Shown: positions 18,530 through 31,284, counted from the stretch's first letter. The stretch is DNA of 54,056 bases from Ignavibacteriales bacterium (GCA_016234355.1 JACRFC010000213.1:1-54056); one strand, 5' to 3'. A program made the numbers and translations. Notes: generated by a model not told the origin, from the sequence alone.

Positions 18530-18549
18530 AACCTGCCTGCCGGCAAGCT
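18530..18549. repeat. GC-rich palindromic element, copy B (rpsC-rplP junction), shortened
   Basis: aacctgcctgccggcaagct. It starts 2 nt after the rpsC stop. On the minus strand it is followed by the TGAGGAG SD of rplP. Confidence 0.65.
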
Positions 18550-18551
18550 CT

Positions 18552-19193
18552 TTATTCGGATGAACGTTTACCTAAAATTTCTCCGCGGCAAATCCAAACT
18601 TTAACACCAATTGAACCATAAATTGTATGCGCGGTTGCCGTTGCGTAATCTATATCTGCTCTGATTGTATGCAACGGAATTCTACCTTCTTTATATTGTT
18701 CGGTACGGGCCATTTCAGAACCGGCTAATCTTCCTGCGCACATAATTCTAATTCCTTCAGCACCCATTCTCATAGCAGATGTAATTGATTGCTTCATGGC
18801 TCTTCTAAATGAAACTCTTCCTTCAATCTGACGTGAAATATTTTCTGCAACTAATGCTGCATCAAGTTCAGGTCTTTTAATTTCTGTAATTTGAATCTTA
18901 ACTTCTTTGTCGGTTAATTTTCTTAATTCTTCTTCGATCTGTGCAATCTCTTTTCCACTTTTGCCAATTACTACACCGGGTCTTGATGTATGGATAGTCA
19001 AAATTATATTCTTTGAAGTTCTATCAATTATAATAGATGAAATACCTGCATTCTGTAATCTTTTTCTTATATAGGTTCTAAGTTTTTTATCTTCAACAAG
19101 TTTTGCAGCATAACTTTTGTTTTCGTACCAATTCGAATCCCATCCTCTGATGATTCCGACTCTAAAACCAATTGGATTAACCTTTTGACCCAA
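18552..19193 (-). CDS. rpsC: 30S ribosomal protein S3
   Basis: [26 protein letters not shown] start preceded by GAGGAGG. Confidence 0.95.
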   Translation of the reverse strand: MGQKVNPIGFRVGIIRGWDSNWYENKSYAAKLVEDKKLRTYIRKRLQNAGISSIIIDRTSKNIILTIHTSRPGVVIGKSGKEIAQIEEELRKLTDKEVKIQITEIKRPELDAALVAENISRQIEGRVSFRRAMKQSITSAMRMGAEGIRIMCAGRLAGSEMARTEQYKEGRIPLHTIRADIDYATATAHTIYGSIGVKVWICRGEILGKRSSE

Positions 19194-19208
19194 AACTTCC
19201 TCCTCAGA

Positions 19209-19553
19209 TTACTTTTTTGTAGCAACTACAATTGTTACGTGATTAGATCGTTTTCTTATTCTATATGCTCTCCCCATTGGTGCAGGAGAAATTCTTTTTA
19301 GTGTTGGTCCTACATTTACAAAAGCTTCTTTAACAAATAGATCAGAGACTTCATGCTTAGTATTATCATCTTTGTTCATCAAATTAGAAACAGCGGAACG
19401 TAAAACTTTTTCTGCATCTTTGGAAGAATGTTTTGGTGAAAAGTGAAGTATCTCAATTGCTTGATTAACGGATTTACCTCTGATTATATCAACCACCAAT
19501 CTCATCTTACGGGGAGACGTTCCAATATATTTATGAATTGATTTTGCTTCCAT
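19209..19553 (-). CDS. rplV: 50S ribosomal protein L22
   Basis: MEAKSIHKYIGTSPRKMRLVVDIIRGKSV. The track ORF is trimmed to the ATG at 19553, 13 nt after the rpsS stop. Confidence 0.9.
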   Translation of the reverse strand: MEAKSIHKYIGTSPRKMRLVVDIIRGKSVNQAIEILHFSPKHSSKDAEKVLRSAVSNLMNKDDNTKHEVSDLFVKEAFVNVGPTLKRISPAPMGRAYRIRKRSNHVTIVVATKK

Positions 19554-19566
19554 TATTCTATCCCTA

Positions 19567-19857
19567 TTAAGCTTTAACTTTAGATGCTTTTTCTGCTTTG
19601 GTACCCGGATGACCTCTGAAAATTCTTGTCGGTGAAAATTCTCCGAGTTTATGGCCAACCATATTTTCAGAAATGTAAACCGGAATCATTTTATTACCGT
19701 TATGTACGGCAATTGTATGTCCTACAAAATCCGGTGTAATAGTACTTGTACGCGACCATGTTTTGATTATTTTTTTCTGATTAGTTTCGTTGAGCTTTTT
19801 TACTTTCGCCATCAATTTGATGTCGATGTATGGACCTTTTTTTACTGACCTTGGCAT
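19567..19857 (-). CDS. rpsS: 30S ribosomal protein S19
   Basis: [15 protein letters not shown]...[29 protein letters not shown]. Confidence 0.95.
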   Translation of the reverse strand: MPRSVKKGPYIDIKLMAKVKKLNETNQKKIIKTWSRTSTITPDFVGHTIAVHNGNKMIPVYISENMVGHKLGEFSPTRIFRGHPGTKAEKASKVKA

Positions 19858-19870
19858 ATTTTATTCTAAC

Positions 19871-20695
19871 CTATTTTCTTCTTTTAACTATGTATTTGTT
19901 AGTTCTATTTTTTTTCTTTCTTGTTTTTAATCCTTTTGCTTTTTGTCCCCAAGGTGAAACCGGATGCCCGCCGCCAGATGTTTTACCTTCACCGCCGCCC
20001 ATCGGGTGATCAACCGGATTCATTGCAACACCACGGGTATGTGGACGAATACCTAACCATCTGCTTCTTCCTGCTTTACCAAGACTTATATTTTCATGAT
20101 CAATATTTCCAACAACACCGTAAGTAGCCATGCAATCAACACTAACCATTCTTACTTCGCCGGAAGGCATTTTTAATTGAGCAAACTTTCCTTCACGTGC
20201 CATTAATTGAAGAGATGCACCTGCCGATCTTCCGAGCTGTCCGCCTTTACCGGGTTTCAATTCTACATTATGAATAAAACTTGCAAGCGGAATTTCTTTT
20301 AACGGTAATGCATTACCAACTTTTATTTCCGAACCGCTGCCGGAAACAATTGCATCACCAACTTTCAAACCATCAGGAGCTAGAATATATCTTTTCTCTC
20401 CATCTGAATAATTAAGTAGTGCAATTCTTGAAGTTCTATTAGGATCATATTCAATTGAAAAAACTTTTGCCGGAATTCCACTCTTATCACGCTTAAAATC
20501 AATTATTCTATAACGTCTCTTATGACCGCCGCCGCGATGACGTGATGTAACTCTACCAAGATTATTTCTTCCACCGGATTTCTTTATTACACCGGTCAAA
20601 GATTTTTCCGGAGTAGATTTCGTAATCTCTTCAAATGAAGAGATACTCATAAATCTTGTTCCGGGAGTATTTGGTTTTAATTTTCTAATTGCCAT
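19871..20695 (-). CDS. rplB: 50S ribosomal protein L2
   Basis: 274 aa: [22 protein letters not shown]. Confidence 0.95.
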   Translation of the reverse strand: MAIRKLKPNTPGTRFMSISSFEEITKSTPEKSLTGVIKKSGGRNNLGRVTSRHRGGGHKRRYRIIDFKRDKSGIPAKVFSIEYDPNRTSRIALLNYSDGEKRYILAPDGLKVGDAIVSGSGSEIKVGNALPLKEIPLASFIHNVELKPGKGGQLGRSAGASLQLMAREGKFAQLKMPSGEVRMVSVDCMATYGVVGNIDHENISLGKAGRSRWLGIRPHTRGVAMNPVDHPMGGGEGKTSGGGHPVSPWGQKAKGLKTRKKKNRTNKYIVKRRK

Positions 20696-20721
20696 TTAAT
20701 TTAAGCTCCGATTCGGTAATA

Positions 20722-21018
20722 CTATGCTTGACCAAAAATATCTATTGTTTGACCTTCTTTTAAGGTAATAACTGCTTTTTTGAATTTAGCTGTTCTTCCG
20801 GAAAATCTACCTTTTTTAGTAAACTGGGTTTTCATTTTCCCTTTATATCGAATTGTATTAACGGAAGTAACATCAACATTAAATTTTTCTTTGAGGGCTT
20901 TTGCGATTTGAATTTTATTAGCATCTACTGCAACAACAAATCCAAATTTATTAGAATGTTTTTCGCTGATACCACTCATCTTTTCGGTAATTAAAGGGCG
21001 TATTAAAACACTTTTCAT
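20722..21018 (-). CDS. rplW: 50S ribosomal protein L23
   Basis: 98 aa, at the S10-operon position between rplD and rplB. Confidence 0.9.
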   Translation of the reverse strand: MKSVLIRPLITEKMSGISEKHSNKFGFVVAVDANKIQIAKALKEKFNVDVTSVNTIRYKGKMKTQFTKKGRFSGRTAKFKKAVITLKEGQTIDIFGQA

Positions 21019-21031
21019 TTTTTAAACCAGT

Positions 21032-21658
21032 TTAATTAATTGAGCTTTCTAAAAGATTAACTGCACTTTTTTGTAATACTAAAATCTGATTGTTCAATAG
21101 ATCATAAGCTGAAGCTTTGTTAGCTTCAAGAATATTAATCTTAGCAACATTTCGTCCTGATTTATATACATTCTCCTGCGTGCCATTTGTAAGTAGTAAA
21201 GTCCTTTTACCTTCTACTTTCAAAGCATTCAAAATTGAAATAAAATCTTTTGTCTTTGGCGCTTCAAAATTGAAATCTTCAACAACAAGAATTTGATTAG
21301 CTTTTGCTTTGTATGATAGCGCAGATTTTCTTGCAAGTGCTAAAACTTTCTTATTGAGTTTCTGTCTGTAATCTCTCGGTTTAGGGCCAAATATAGATCC
21401 GCCGCCAATCCAAAGTGGAGAACGTGTTGTACCTGCACGAGCACCGCCACGACCTTTTTGCTTCCAAGGTTTTTTACCGCCGCCTCTAACTTCACTTCTC
21501 TCTTTTGCTTTGTGAGTTCCTTGACGTTGATTTGCAAGGTAAGCTTTGACAGCTAAATAAATCACATGGTCGTTCGGTTCGATTTCGAAAATCTCTTTTG
21601 AGAGTTCAACAGTCTCGCCAGATTTTGAACCGTCTTGTTTATAAACTTCTAATTTCAT
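21032..21658 (-). CDS. rplD: 50S ribosomal protein L4
   Basis: RQGTHKAKERSEVRGGGKKPWKQKGRGGARAG. The ATG at 21658 (MKLEVY) is preferred over the TTG at 21667. Confidence 0.9.
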   Translation of the reverse strand: MKLEVYKQDGSKSGETVELSKEIFEIEPNDHVIYLAVKAYLANQRQGTHKAKERSEVRGGGKKPWKQKGRGGARAGTTRSPLWIGGGSIFGPKPRDYRQKLNKKVLALARKSALSYKAKANQILVVEDFNFEAPKTKDFISILNALKVEGKRTLLLTNGTQENVYKSGRNVAKINILEANKASAYDLLNNQILVLQKSAVNLLESSIN

Positions 21659-21670
21659 CTTATTCAATAA

Positions 21671-22291
21671 TTATTTATTGATAGCTACAATTGAATTAAT
21701 GGAGCCGGGAACTGCTCCTTTTACCATAACAATATTTTTATCGGAAATTACTTTTACAACTTTAAGATTGGAAATAGTTGTATTCTCAAAACCCATTCTT
21801 CCAGCCATACGTTGACCTTTGAAAACTCTTGATGGATAAGAACTTGAGCCTATTGATCCGGGAGCTCTTAATCTATCGCTTTGGCCGTGAGTTGTTCCGC
21901 CGACACCACCGAAGTTATGTCTTCTCATAACTCCTTGAAAACCTTTACCTTTATTTTTACCGGAAACTTTAACTTTATCACCGATCTGGAAAATATCTAC
22001 TTTAACTTCATCACCAATTTTAAATTGAGAAGATTCAAAGTTTCTAAACTCTTTTAGAGTTTGTGGAATTTTTAATCCGTGTTTTTTATAATAATCAAGC
22101 TGAGGTTTACTTGTTCTCTTTTCCTTCTTTTCTCCAAAACCAAGTTGAACAGCTTCGTAGCCGTCCTTTTCTTTTGAACGCACAGCATAAACATTACACG
22201 GACCGGCTTCCAGGATAGTTACGGGAATAATTTGACCGTCTTCCGAGAATATATTTGTCATTCCTAATTTTTTTGCTAGCAAGCCAGGCAT
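21671..22291 (-). CDS. rplC: 50S ribosomal protein L3
   Basis: MPGLLAKKLGMTNIF...FQGVMRRHNFGG. Confidence 0.95.
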   Translation of the reverse strand: MPGLLAKKLGMTNIFSEDGQIIPVTILEAGPCNVYAVRSKEKDGYEAVQLGFGEKKEKRTSKPQLDYYKKHGLKIPQTLKEFRNFESSQFKIGDEVKVDIFQIGDKVKVSGKNKGKGFQGVMRRHNFGGVGGTTHGQSDRLRAPGSIGSSSYPSRVFKGQRMAGRMGFENTTISNLKVVKVISDKNIVMVKGAVPGSINSIVAINK

Positions 22292-22302
22292 TTCTATGAT
22301 TC

Positions 22303-22611
22303 CTATAACTTAATCTCTATATCGACGCCGGCAGGAATATCTAACTTGCTCAATGCGTCAACCGTTTTGTTGTTTGAGTTATGAATATCTATAATTCTTT
22401 TATGAGCCCTGATCTCAAATTGCTCACGTGATTTTTTATCAACGTGCGGAGATCTTAATACTGTAAAAACGGTTCTGCGTGTTGGCAGCGGAATCGGACC
22501 GGATACAACAGCGCCGGTACTTTTTACAGTCTTGATAATCTTTTCAGTTGATTTATCAATAAGAATATGATCGTAAGACTTCAACTTGATTCTAATTTTC
22601 TGACCAGGCAC
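22303..22611 (-). CDS. rpsJ: 30S ribosomal protein S10
   Basis: [18 protein letters not shown]...[18 protein letters not shown] start. Confidence 0.95.
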   Translation of the reverse strand: MPGQKIRIKLKSYDHILIDKSTEKIIKTVKSTGAVVSGPIPLPTRRTVFTVLRSPHVDKKSREQFEIRAHKRIIDIHNSNNKTVDALSKLDIPAGVDIEIKL

Positions 22612-22639
22612 TTTTTCTAATCTCCTTGTTCAACATAAT

Positions 22640-22657
22640 GCCCCGCATTAGCAGGGC
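22640..22657 (-). other. GC-rich stem-loop at the tuf / S10-operon boundary
   Basis: The minus strand reads GCCCTGC TAAT GCGGGGC (7 bp including one G-U), 15 nt after the tuf stop. No U-tract follows. Confidence 0.4.
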
Positions 22658-22671
22658 TCAAATAATTTATT

Positions 22672-23877
22672 TTACTCTATAATCTTTGTAACGAAACCTG
22701 CACCAACTGTTCTACCGCCTTCACGAATAGCAAATTTCAATCCTTCTTCCATAGCGATTTCAGAAATCAAATCTATTTTTAATTGTACGCTATCACCAGG
22801 CATAACCATTTCTGTACCTTCTGGTAATGTTGCAATACCAGTAACATCAGTTGTTCTGAAATAGAACTGCGGTCTGTAACCATTGAAGAACGGTGTATGA
22901 CGTCCGCCTTCATCTTTTGAAAGAATATAAACTTTACCTTCAAATTTCTTATGCGGAGTAATAGAACCGGTTTTTGCCAAAACCATTCCTCTTTCGATTT
23001 CATCTTTATCAATACCTCGTAAAAGAATACCGGCATTATCACCAGCTATAGCTGCATCAAGTTCTTTACGGAACATTTCGATACCGGTAACAACTGTTTT
23101 CTTATGAACACCTAAACCGATCAATTCAATTTCTTCTTGAATCTTGACTTGACCTCTTTCAACTCTACCGGTAGCAACGGTACCACGACCTGTAATAGAA
23201 AATACGTCTTCAACTGGCATCAAGAACGGTTTGTCAACACTTCTTTCAGGAACGGGAATGTAAGTATCAACAGCATTCATTAATTCCCAAACACAATTGT
23301 AACGCGGATCTGAAGGATCAGCACCAGATGCACCTGCTTCTAATGCATGCAAAGCAGAACCTTTAATAATCGGTATTTCATCACCAGGGAATTCATATTT
23401 GGTTAGAAGTTCTCTTAATTCCATTTCAACTAAGTCAATCAACTCTTGATCATCAACTGCATCAACTTTATTCATGAACACAACGATCTTTGGTACACCT
23501 ACCTGACGAGCAAGAAGGATGTGTTCGCGTGTTTGAGGCATAGGACCATCAGTAGCAGCAACAACTAAAATAGCACCGTCCATTTGAGCAGCGCCGGTGA
23601 TCATGTTTTTAACATAATCTGCGTGACCGGGACAGTCTACGTGAGCATAGTGCCTGTTTGCAGTTGAATATTCAACGTGAGCAGTAGCGATAGTAATACC
23701 TCTTTCTCTTTCTTCAGGTGCATTATCAATACTGTCAAATGTTCTTATTTGAGATAAACCTTTTTTAGCCAGTGCCATGGTGATTGCAGCAGTAAGAGTA
23801 GTTTTACCATGGTCGACATGTCCGATAGTTCCAATATTGACGTGAGGTTTACTACGGTCAAATTTTTCTTTTGCCAT
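22672..23877 (-). CDS. tuf: Elongation factor Tu
   Basis: 401 aa: [27 protein letters not shown]. Confidence 0.98.
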   Translation of the reverse strand: MAKEKFDRSKPHVNIGTIGHVDHGKTTLTAAITMALAKKGLSQIRTFDSIDNAPEERERGITIATAHVEYSTANRHYAHVDCPGHADYVKNMITGAAQMDGAILVVAATDGPMPQTREHILLARQVGVPKIVVFMNKVDAVDDQELIDLVEMELRELLTKYEFPGDEIPIIKGSALHALEAGASGADPSDPRYNCVWELMNAVDTYIPVPERSVDKPFLMPVEDVFSITGRGTVATGRVERGQVKIQEEIELIGLGVHKKTVVTGIEMFRKELDAAIAGDNAGILLRGIDKDEIERGMVLAKTGSITPHKKFEGKVYILSKDEGGRHTPFFNGYRPQFYFRTTDVTGIATLPEGTEMVMPGDSVQLKIDLISEIAMEEGLKFAIREGGRTVGAGFVTKIIE

Positions 23878-23928
23878 CTTAAATACTCTCCTTAATGTGT
23901 TTTTATTTCTTTAATGATTATTTATTGT

Positions 23929-26028
23929 CTAATAAGATTCAACATGTTTCTTTGCTTGAGATTTTTCCTGAATCTCTTCGGCAACTGATTTTGGTACTTC
24001 GGAATAATGTGCAAATTGCATTGTGTAAATTGCACGTCCTTGCGTCATAGACCTTAATATTGTTGCATAACCAAACATTTGTGCTAATGGAACCATCGCT
24101 TTGATAACCTGCGCATCTTTTCTGGAATTGAATCCTTCAATCTTTCCTCTCCGGGAATTTAGGTCGCCCATAACATCGCCTAAATATTCTTCAGGAGTAA
24201 TAACTTCAACACTCATCATTGGTTCAAGTAAAATGGGACTAGCTTTAAGTGCACCTTGCTTAAACGCCATAGAAGCAGCAACTTTAAATGAAATTTCATC
24301 CGAATCAACATCATGGTAAGAACCATCGTATAACCTTGCTTTTATATCAACAACGGGATAACCAGCTAAAACACCATTTCTCATAGAATCTTGTAAACCA
24401 TGCATTACAGGATTAATATATTCTTTTGGCACTACTCCACCAACAATATCATTTTCAAATTCAAAACCTTTTCCAGGTTCATTCGGAGAAAGTTCAATCC
24501 AAACATGTCCATATTTACCACGACCACCGGATTGTTTAACAAACTTACCTTCAGCCTGAACTGTTTTAGAGATTGTTTCTCTATAAGCAACCTGAGGTTT
24601 ACCAACATTAGCTTCAACTTTAAATTCGCGTTTCATTCTATCAACAAGAATTTCGAGATGTAATTCACCCATTCCGCTAATTAGTGTCTGGCCAGTTTCA
24701 TCATCAACTTTTACTTTAAATGTCGGATCCTCATCAGAAAGCTTTGCTAATGATTCAGAAAGTTTATCTTGATCGGCTTTAGTTTTCGGTTCAATTGCAA
24801 TTTGAATTACAGGTTCAGGGAATACCATTTTTTCGAGAACGATAGCATCGTCTTCAGTACAAAGAGTATCTCCGGTTCTTGTGTGTTTCAAACCAACAAT
24901 TGCAGCAATATCACCACATCTAATTTCTTCCAAATCTTCTCTGGTGTTAGCATGCATCTGAAGAACGCGCCCAACTCTTTCTTTTTTATCGGATACAGAG
25001 TTAAAAATATAAGATCCGGCTTTTAATTCACCTGTATAAACTCTGATAAATGTTAACTTACCAACATATGGATCTGTCATAATTTTAAAAGCAAGAGCAG
25101 CAAATTTTTCGTTAGGAGCTATTTTTCTTTCAACATGATCATTCTTAAAAATATGATGAGCAGAAAGTGACCCTGAATCCAAAGGAGATGGAAGAAAATC
25201 TACAACAGAATCAAGCAATTGCTGAACACCTTTATTCTTAAATGACGAGCCGCATAAAACAGGAATAATTTTTCCTTGAATTGTAGCTTCACGTAAAACT
25301 TTTTTAATCTCTGCTTCAGAGATTTCTTTTCCCTCAAGGTATTTTTCTAATAATGTATCATCAACGTCAGAAACAGCTTCCAACATTTCGGTTCTATATT
25401 TCTGAGTTAATGGTAATAAATCTGCAGGGATGTCAACAATTTCGTATTCAGCACCCAGCGATTCTTCAATAAACATTATTGCTTTCATTTTCATTAGATC
25501 GATAATGCCTCTATAGAGATCACCTTCACCAACAGGTAAATTAATCGGTACAGCAGGAGCTCCTAATTTTTCTTTCATCATTTGAATTGCATGAAAAAAA
25601 TCAGCTCCAACTCTATCCATCTTATTTACAAAAGAAATTCTTGGAACATTATATTTATCTGCTTGTCTCCAAACTGTCTCTGATTGTGGTTCCACACCAC
25701 CGACAGCACAAAAAAGTGCAATAGCACCATCAAGAACTCTTAGTGATCTTTCAACTTCAACAGTAAAATCAACATGCCCAGGAGTATCAATAATATTTAT
25801 TTGATGATCTCTCCAAAAAGTTGTAGTAGCAGCACTTGTAATTGTTATTCCTCTTTCTTTTTCCTGTTCCATCCAATCCATAGTTGCTGCACCATCATGA
25901 ACCTCACCCATTCTGTGTAATTTTCCAGTATAATATAGAATGCGTTCAGTTGTAGTGGTCTTACCAGCATCAATATGAGCCATGATACCAATATTTCTTA
26001 CTCTATTTATTTCGACACGTTTTGACAT
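23929..26028 (-). CDS. fusA: Elongation factor G
   Basis: 699 aa: [27 protein letters not shown]. Confidence 0.98.
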   Translation of the reverse strand: MSKRVEINRVRNIGIMAHIDAGKTTTTERILYYTGKLHRMGEVHDGAATMDWMEQEKERGITITSAATTTFWRDHQINIIDTPGHVDFTVEVERSLRVLDGAIALFCAVGGVEPQSETVWRQADKYNVPRISFVNKMDRVGADFFHAIQMMKEKLGAPAVPINLPVGEGDLYRGIIDLMKMKAIMFIEESLGAEYEIVDIPADLLPLTQKYRTEMLEAVSDVDDTLLEKYLEGKEISEAEIKKVLREATIQGKIIPVLCGSSFKNKGVQQLLDSVVDFLPSPLDSGSLSAHHIFKNDHVERKIAPNEKFAALAFKIMTDPYVGKLTFIRVYTGELKAGSYIFNSVSDKKERVGRVLQMHANTREDLEEIRCGDIAAIVGLKHTRTGDTLCTEDDAIVLEKMVFPEPVIQIAIEPKTKADQDKLSESLAKLSDEDPTFKVKVDDETGQTLISGMGELHLEILVDRMKREFKVEANVGKPQVAYRETISKTVQAEGKFVKQSGGRGKYGHVWIELSPNEPGKGFEFENDIVGGVVPKEYINPVMHGLQDSMRNGVLAGYPVVDIKARLYDGSYHDVDSDEISFKVAASMAFKQGALKASPILLEPMMSVEVITPEEYLGDVMGDLNSRRGKIEGFNSRKDAQVIKAMVPLAQMFGYATILRSMTQGRAIYTMQFAHYSEVPKSVAEEIQEKSQAKKHVESY

Positions 26029-26050
26029 CTAACTTAATAAATCCTTTCCA

Positions 26051-26518
26051 TTACCATTTAAAATGTGCAAAAGCTTTATTCGCTTCAGCCATACGATGTG
26101 TATCATCTTTTTTCTTAACCGCAGAACCTTCGCCGTTTGCAGCTGCCATTAATTCAGAAGCAACCTTTAATGCCATAGATTTATCTTTACGATCTCGTGC
26201 ATACGTTTTGATCCAACGAAATGCTAATGCAGTTCTTCTTTCAGGTCTTACTTCCATTGGAACTTGATAAGTAGCTCCACCAACTCTTCTACTTCTAACT
26301 TCTACCAAAGGTTGAACATTCTGTACCGCTTTCTTAAAAACATCTAAAGCAGGTTTCTTTATTTTTTGTTCAATCAAACCGAAGCTATCGTATACAATAC
26401 TTCTTGCTGTAGATTTTTTACCATGCCACATCAAATAGTTAATGAATTTCGAAACCAGTATATCATTATACTTTGGATCTGGTTTTAAATATCTTTTCTC
26501 TGATCTTTTTTTTCTCAT
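26051..26518 (-). CDS. rpsG: 30S ribosomal protein S7
   Basis: 155 aa, ending ...HRMAEANKAFAHFKW. Confidence 0.95.
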   Translation of the reverse strand: MRKKRSEKRYLKPDPKYNDILVSKFINYLMWHGKKSTARSIVYDSFGLIEQKIKKPALDVFKKAVQNVQPLVEVRSRRVGGATYQVPMEVRPERRTALAFRWIKTYARDRKDKSMALKVASELMAAANGEGSAVKKKDDTHRMAEANKAFAHFKW

Positions 26519-26523
26519 AGTAA

Positions 26524-26901
26524 TTATTTTGCTTTAGGTTTTTTAGTACCGTATTTAGATCTGCCTTTTTTTCTATCTTCAACACCACTTGTATCTAATG
26601 TACCTCTGATAATATGATAGCGTACACCTGGTAAATCTTTAACTCTACCGCCTCTAATTAAAACAATAGAATGTTCTTGTAAATTGTGACCTTCGCCTGG
26701 AATATATGCAGTAACTTCCATTCCATTTGTTAATCTTACTCTTGCAACTTTTCTTAAAGCTGAATTTGGTTTTTTAGGAGTTGTAGTATAAACTCTTGTA
26801 CAAACACCTCTTTTCTGCGGACATGCATCCAAAGCCGGAGCCTTATTTTTCGAGGTTACAACTACTCTTCCTTTTCTAACCAACTGGTTTATTGTTGGCA
26901 C
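26524..26901 (-). CDS. rpsL: 30S ribosomal protein S12
   Basis: [12 protein letters not shown]...[20 protein letters not shown] start with GGAGG 7 nt upstream. Confidence 0.95.
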   Translation of the reverse strand: MPTINQLVRKGRVVVTSKNKAPALDACPQKRGVCTRVYTTTPKKPNSALRKVARVRLTNGMEVTAYIPGEGHNLQEHSIVLIRGGRVKDLPGVRYHIIRGTLDTSGVEDRKKGRSKYGTKKPKAK

Positions 26902-26947
26902 GCAAATTCCTCCAAAATTATACTTTTTGATAAAAATTCAGACTTAA

Positions 26948-26976
26948 AATTTATTGATAATCACTTGAATTGTCAA
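26948..26976 (-). promoter_or_regulatory. Candidate sigma-70 promoter for the str operon (TTGACA-17 nt-TAAATT)
   Basis: The minus strand reads TTGACA ATTCAAGTGATTATCAA TAAATT, in the 108-nt rpoC-rpsL spacer. Motif match only. Confidence 0.4.
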
Positions 26977-27009
26977 GTAAACCTGTTCTAATTCTTTAAC
27001 TTTTATACA

Positions 27010-30000
27010 TTATACGGATTCTTTTTCTGCATCTATTTCTTCTTTAACAGCTGCTGATTCAGCTTCATCACCAGTTAATATTATACTACGGTATTTCTTC
27101 AATCCAGTTCCAGCAGGTATAAGATGTCCCATAACAACATTTTCTTTCAAACCAATTAAATTATCAACTTTAGCTTCAGTTGCTGCATTTGTTAATACTT
27201 TTGTTGTTTCTTGGAACGATGCTGCTGAAATAAAACTCTCAGTTGAAAGCGCTGCATGAGTAATACCTAACAAAATATTATCAAATGTTGCAGGTTCTGC
27301 ATCGCGAGTTTTAATTAGCTTTTTACTTTTTCTAGTTAAATCAGAATTAATTTCTCTTAGTTTCGTTTTAGTAAGAAGCTGAGCCACTTTGAACTTTGAT
27401 TGTCCAGGATCTTCTATATAAACCATTTGTTTCACTTTATCATTTTCATCAATGAACTTATTACGATCAACTAAATCCTCTTCGATGAAAATAGTATCAC
27501 CCGCAGAAATTACTTGAAGTTTTTGTAGCATTTGTCTTACGATAACTTCAATATGCTTATCGTTGATCTTAACACCTTGTAAACGGTAAACATCTTGAAT
27601 TTCATTTACTAAATATTCTTGTACAGCATTAGTCCCTTTAATTTTTAATATATCGTGAGGATCAATTGGACCGTCAGTAATTTTTTCACCTGCAGGAATT
27701 TCATCACCCTCTTGAACAAGAATATGTTTACCATAAGAAACATTGTAAATTTTCTGAATAGAACCGTCTAATGATTCAATATTAATTTCACGCGAACCTT
27801 TCTTACGAGCACCAAATTTAACTTTACCTTCAATCTCAGAAACGACTGCTGGATCATGCGGACTTCTTGCTTCAAAAAGTTCTGTAACTCGAGGTAAACC
27901 ACCAGTAATATCACGTGATTTAGTTGATGATTTTGAAATCTTAGCAAGGATTGTTCCTGCTTGAATCTCTTCACCTTCTTCTACAGAAAGATATGCACGT
28001 GTTGGAATATTAAATGCTTTTTCATTTCCCTTATTATCTTTGACAAGAATACTTGGTGTTAAAGTTTTATCTTTTGATTCGATTACAACTTTTTGAACGT
28101 GACCAGTTTGTTCATCAGCAACTTGTTGAATTGTAATGTTATCTAATAAATCGATAAATGATATTTTACCTGCATTATCAGCAACGATTACAGAGTTGTA
28201 AGGATCGTGATTGTAAAGCGGCTGACCTTTTTTAATTTCCTGACCTTCAGAAACCAATAATTCCGCACCATAAGGAATTTCAAATTTCTTAATCTGTCTA
28301 TTATCTTCATCGTAAAGTCCGATTGATCCTCTACGACCGATAACAACTTTTACTTTCCCGAAGAAATCAGTTTTTTCAACAAATGTAATTCTATCAAACT
28401 TAACCGTACCGTTTACATTTGCTTCAACTTGTGATTGAGATGCAATACGTGATGAAGTTCCACCCAAGTGGAATGTACGTAATGTTAATTGTGTACCGGG
28501 TTCACCAATTGACTGAGCTGCAATAATTCCTACGGCTTCGCCGTTTTCTACAAGCTGACCTGTAGTTAAATTACGTCCATAACATTTTGCACATACACCG
28601 CGTTTAGCTTCACATGTCAAAACTGTTCGGATATAAACTTGGTCAATATTTGCTTCATCTATTTTTTCTGCGATATCTTCAGTAATCACCTCACCTGCTT
28701 CTATCAACAAATCATCTGTACGAGGATCATAAATATCTTCCTGAGCTACTCGGCCGATAATTCTTTCTGCCAATGGTTCTCTTTCGAGTTCTATATCCTT
28801 AAGAGCAGAAATGTAAACACCTCTAATAGTACCGCAGTCTAATTCAGTAATAATAACATCTTGAGCAACATCGCATAAACGTCGAGTTAAATAACCGGCA
28901 TCTGCTGTTTTCAATGCTGTATCTGCAAGACCTTTACGAGCACCGTGAGTAGAAATGAAATATTCAAGTACAGATAATCCTTCTTTGAAATTCGCGACGA
29001 TCGGATTCTCAATAATTTCTCCGGATTGACCAGTTAAACTCTTTTGCGGTTTCATCATCAAACCGCGCATACCGGCAAGCTGACGAACTTGATCTTGCGA
29101 ACCTCTTGCACCTGAATCAACCATCATATGCAATGAATTGAATCCGCCTTGATCGGTTTTGATTCTATCCATTAATGATTTTGCAACGTTGTTTGTAGTA
29201 TGAGTCCAAACGTCAACAATCTTATTATATCTTTCTGCGTCTGTAATTAAACCTTGTTCGTGTTCACTAAGAATGCCGGATACTTTTTTGTTTGAATCGT
29301 TAATCAATTTTACTTTTTCATCAGGAACAATCATATCGCTAAAGCTGATAGAAATTCCGGCTGCTGTTGCATAACGGTAACCGAGCTCTTTAAGATCATC
29401 TAAGAATTTGGCTGTAGCTTCGTTACCGATTCTAATAAACATTTTATAAATAAATCCCGAGAAACTTTTCTTCACAAGTAACTCGTTTATGTAGCCCATT
29501 TCATTAGGTACAATTTCATTAAAAATTACACGTCCTACTGTAGTTTCCACTAATTCTTTATCAATTTTAACTTTTACCTTCGCATGAAGATCAACTACTT
29601 TAGAATTGTATGCGATCTGAACTTCTTCAATACCACCAAATATTTTACCTTCACCTTTGGCGCCGGTACGAACTTTTGTCAAATAATAGAGTCCTAAAAC
29701 TATATCTTGAGATGGAAGAACGATAGGCAAACCATTTTGCGGAGATAAAATATTATGACTACTTAACATTAAAATTGATGCCTCAAGTTGTGCTTCGTAT
29801 GATAACGGAATATGAACTGCCATTTGATCGCCATCAAAATCTGCATTGAATGCAGTACAAACTAACGGATGCAGTTGAATAGCTTTTCCATCTACTAAAA
29901 TTGGTTGGAATGCTTGTATACCCAGACGGTGCAATGTAGGAGCGCGATTCAACATAACCGGATGACCATCAATCAATTTTTCTAGAATATCCCAAATAGT

Positions 30001-31251
30001 TGCATCTTTTCTATCAACAGCTTTTCGTGCACTCTTTACAGTTTTGAAATTTCCACGTTCAATAAGTTTACGAATAATAAATGGTTTGAAAAGTTCCACA
30101 GCCATATCTTTAGGTAAACCGCACTGATGTAATTTCAATTCAGGACCAACAACAATAACAGAACGGCCTGAATAATCCACACGTTTACCAAGTAAGTTCT
30201 GACGGAAACGGCCTTGTTTACCTTTCAACATATCACTGAGAGATTTCAACGGTCTGTTGCCGTCACTGCGGACTGCACTTGCTCTACGAGAATTATCGAA
30301 CAATGCATCTACAGCTTCTTGAAGCATTCTCTTTTCGTTTCTCAGAATTACTTCCGGCGCTTTTATATCAATTAATCTTTTTAAACGATTGTTACGAATA
30401 ATCACTCTTCTATAAAGATCATTTAAATCTGATGTAGCAAATCTTCCGCCTTCAAGAGGAACAAGCGGACGAAGTTCTGGTGGAATTACCGGCACAACAT
30501 TTAATACCATCCATTCCGGTTTGTTTGGAACTTTTCCTTCATATTCACGAAAAGCTTCAAGAACTCTTAATCTTTTTAATAGATCAGTGCGTTTTTGTTG
30601 AGATGTGTCAGGTCCAAGTTGAGATTTCAAATCTGCAAAAGTAACTTCAATATCAATCTTCTTTAATAATTCTTTAATTGCATCACCGCCGATTCTAGCT
30701 ACAAATTTTTTCGGATCTTCTTCTTCGAGTGAATCATTATCATGTGGAAGTGAACCCATAATTTCATAATACTGATCTTCAGAAATCAAATCCTTTTTAC
30801 TCAAACCTGTTGGCCCGGGATTAATTACAACATAAGATTCATAATAAATAACCTTTTCAAGTTCTTTTGTTGTCATTCCAATTATGTTACCAATCTTTGA
30901 CGGCAAGGCTTTGAAAAACCAAATATGAACAACTGGAACAGCAAGCTGAATGTGTCCCATTCTTTCACGACGCACACTTTTTAATGTAACTTCAACTCCG
31001 CAGCGGTCGCACACAATTCCTTTATAACGTATTCCTTTATACTTTCCGCATGCACATTCCCAATCTTTAACGGGACCAAAAATTTTCTCGCAGAATAAAC
31101 CATCTTTTTCAGGACGAAATGAACGATAGTTTATTGTTTCCGGTTTGGTTACTTCTCCATGAGATCTTGATAAGATATCATCAGGACTTGCCAAACTGAT
31201 CGTCATTTTTTCGATCTGTCTAATTTTATTTTCTTGCGGTTTAAATCGCAT
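27010..31251 (-). CDS. rpoC: DNA-directed RNA polymerase subunit beta'
   Basis: 1413 aa with the catalytic NADFDGDQM motif and an N-terminal zinc-binding Cys cluster. Confidence 0.98.
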   Translation of the reverse strand: MRFKPQENKIRQIEKMTISLASPDDILSRSHGEVTKPETINYRSFRPEKDGLFCEKIFGPVKDWECACGKYKGIRYKGIVCDRCGVEVTLKSVRRERMGHIQLAVPVVHIWFFKALPSKIGNIIGMTTKELEKVIYYESYVVINPGPTGLSKKDLISEDQYYEIMGSLPHDNDSLEEEDPKKFVARIGGDAIKELLKKIDIEVTFADLKSQLGPDTSQQKRTDLLKRLRVLEAFREYEGKVPNKPEWMVLNVVPVIPPELRPLVPLEGGRFATSDLNDLYRRVIIRNNRLKRLIDIKAPEVILRNEKRMLQEAVDALFDNSRRASAVRSDGNRPLKSLSDMLKGKQGRFRQNLLGKRVDYSGRSVIVVGPELKLHQCGLPKDMAVELFKPFIIRKLIERGNFKTVKSARKAVDRKDATIWDILEKLIDGHPVMLNRAPTLHRLGIQAFQPILVDGKAIQLHPLVCTAFNADFDGDQMAVHIPLSYEAQLEASILMLSSHNILSPQNGLPIVLPSQDIVLGLYYLTKVRTGAKGEGKIFGGIEEVQIAYNSKVVDLHAKVKVKIDKELVETTVGRVIFNEIVPNEMGYINELLVKKSFSGFIYKMFIRIGNEATAKFLDDLKELGYRYATAAGISISFSDMIVPDEKVKLINDSNKKVSGILSEHEQGLITDAERYNKIVDVWTHTTNNVAKSLMDRIKTDQGGFNSLHMMVDSGARGSQDQVRQLAGMRGLMMKPQKSLTGQSGEIIENPIVANFKEGLSVLEYFISTHGARKGLADTALKTADAGYLTRRLCDVAQDVIITELDCGTIRGVYISALKDIELEREPLAERIIGRVAQEDIYDPRTDDLLIEAGEVITEDIAEKIDEANIDQVYIRTVLTCEAKRGVCAKCYGRNLTTGQLVENGEAVGIIAAQSIGEPGTQLTLRTFHLGGTSSRIASQSQVEANVNGTVKFDRITFVEKTDFFGKVKVVIGRRGSIGLYDEDNRQIKKFEIPYGAELLVSEGQEIKKGQPLYNHDPYNSVIVADNAGKISFIDLLDNITIQQVADEQTGHVQKVVIESKDKTLTPSILVKDNKGNEKAFNIPTRAYLSVEEGEEIQAGTILAKISKSSTKSRDITGGLPRVTELFEARSPHDPAVVSEIEGKVKFGARKKGSREINIESLDGSIQKIYNVSYGKHILVQEGDEIPAGEKITDGPIDPHDILKIKGTNAVQEYLVNEIQDVYRLQGVKINDKHIEVIVRQMLQKLQVISAGDTIFIEEDLVDRNKFIDENDKVKQMVYIEDPGQSKFKVAQLLTKTKLREINSDLTRKSKKLIKTRDAEPATFDNILLGITHAALSTESFISAASFQETTKVLTNAATEAKVDNLIGLKENVVMGHLIPAGTGLKKYRSIILTGDEAESAAVKEEIDAEKESV

Positions 31252-31284
31252 TTTCTACTCCTTTAGTCAAACTCTTGGTTGATA

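Noticed and set aside
19554-19658. N-terminal 35-codon extension of the L22 ORF
   Set aside because: It overlaps the 3' end of rpsS in another frame. Canonical L22 begins at the ATG at 19553 (MEAKSIHKY...).
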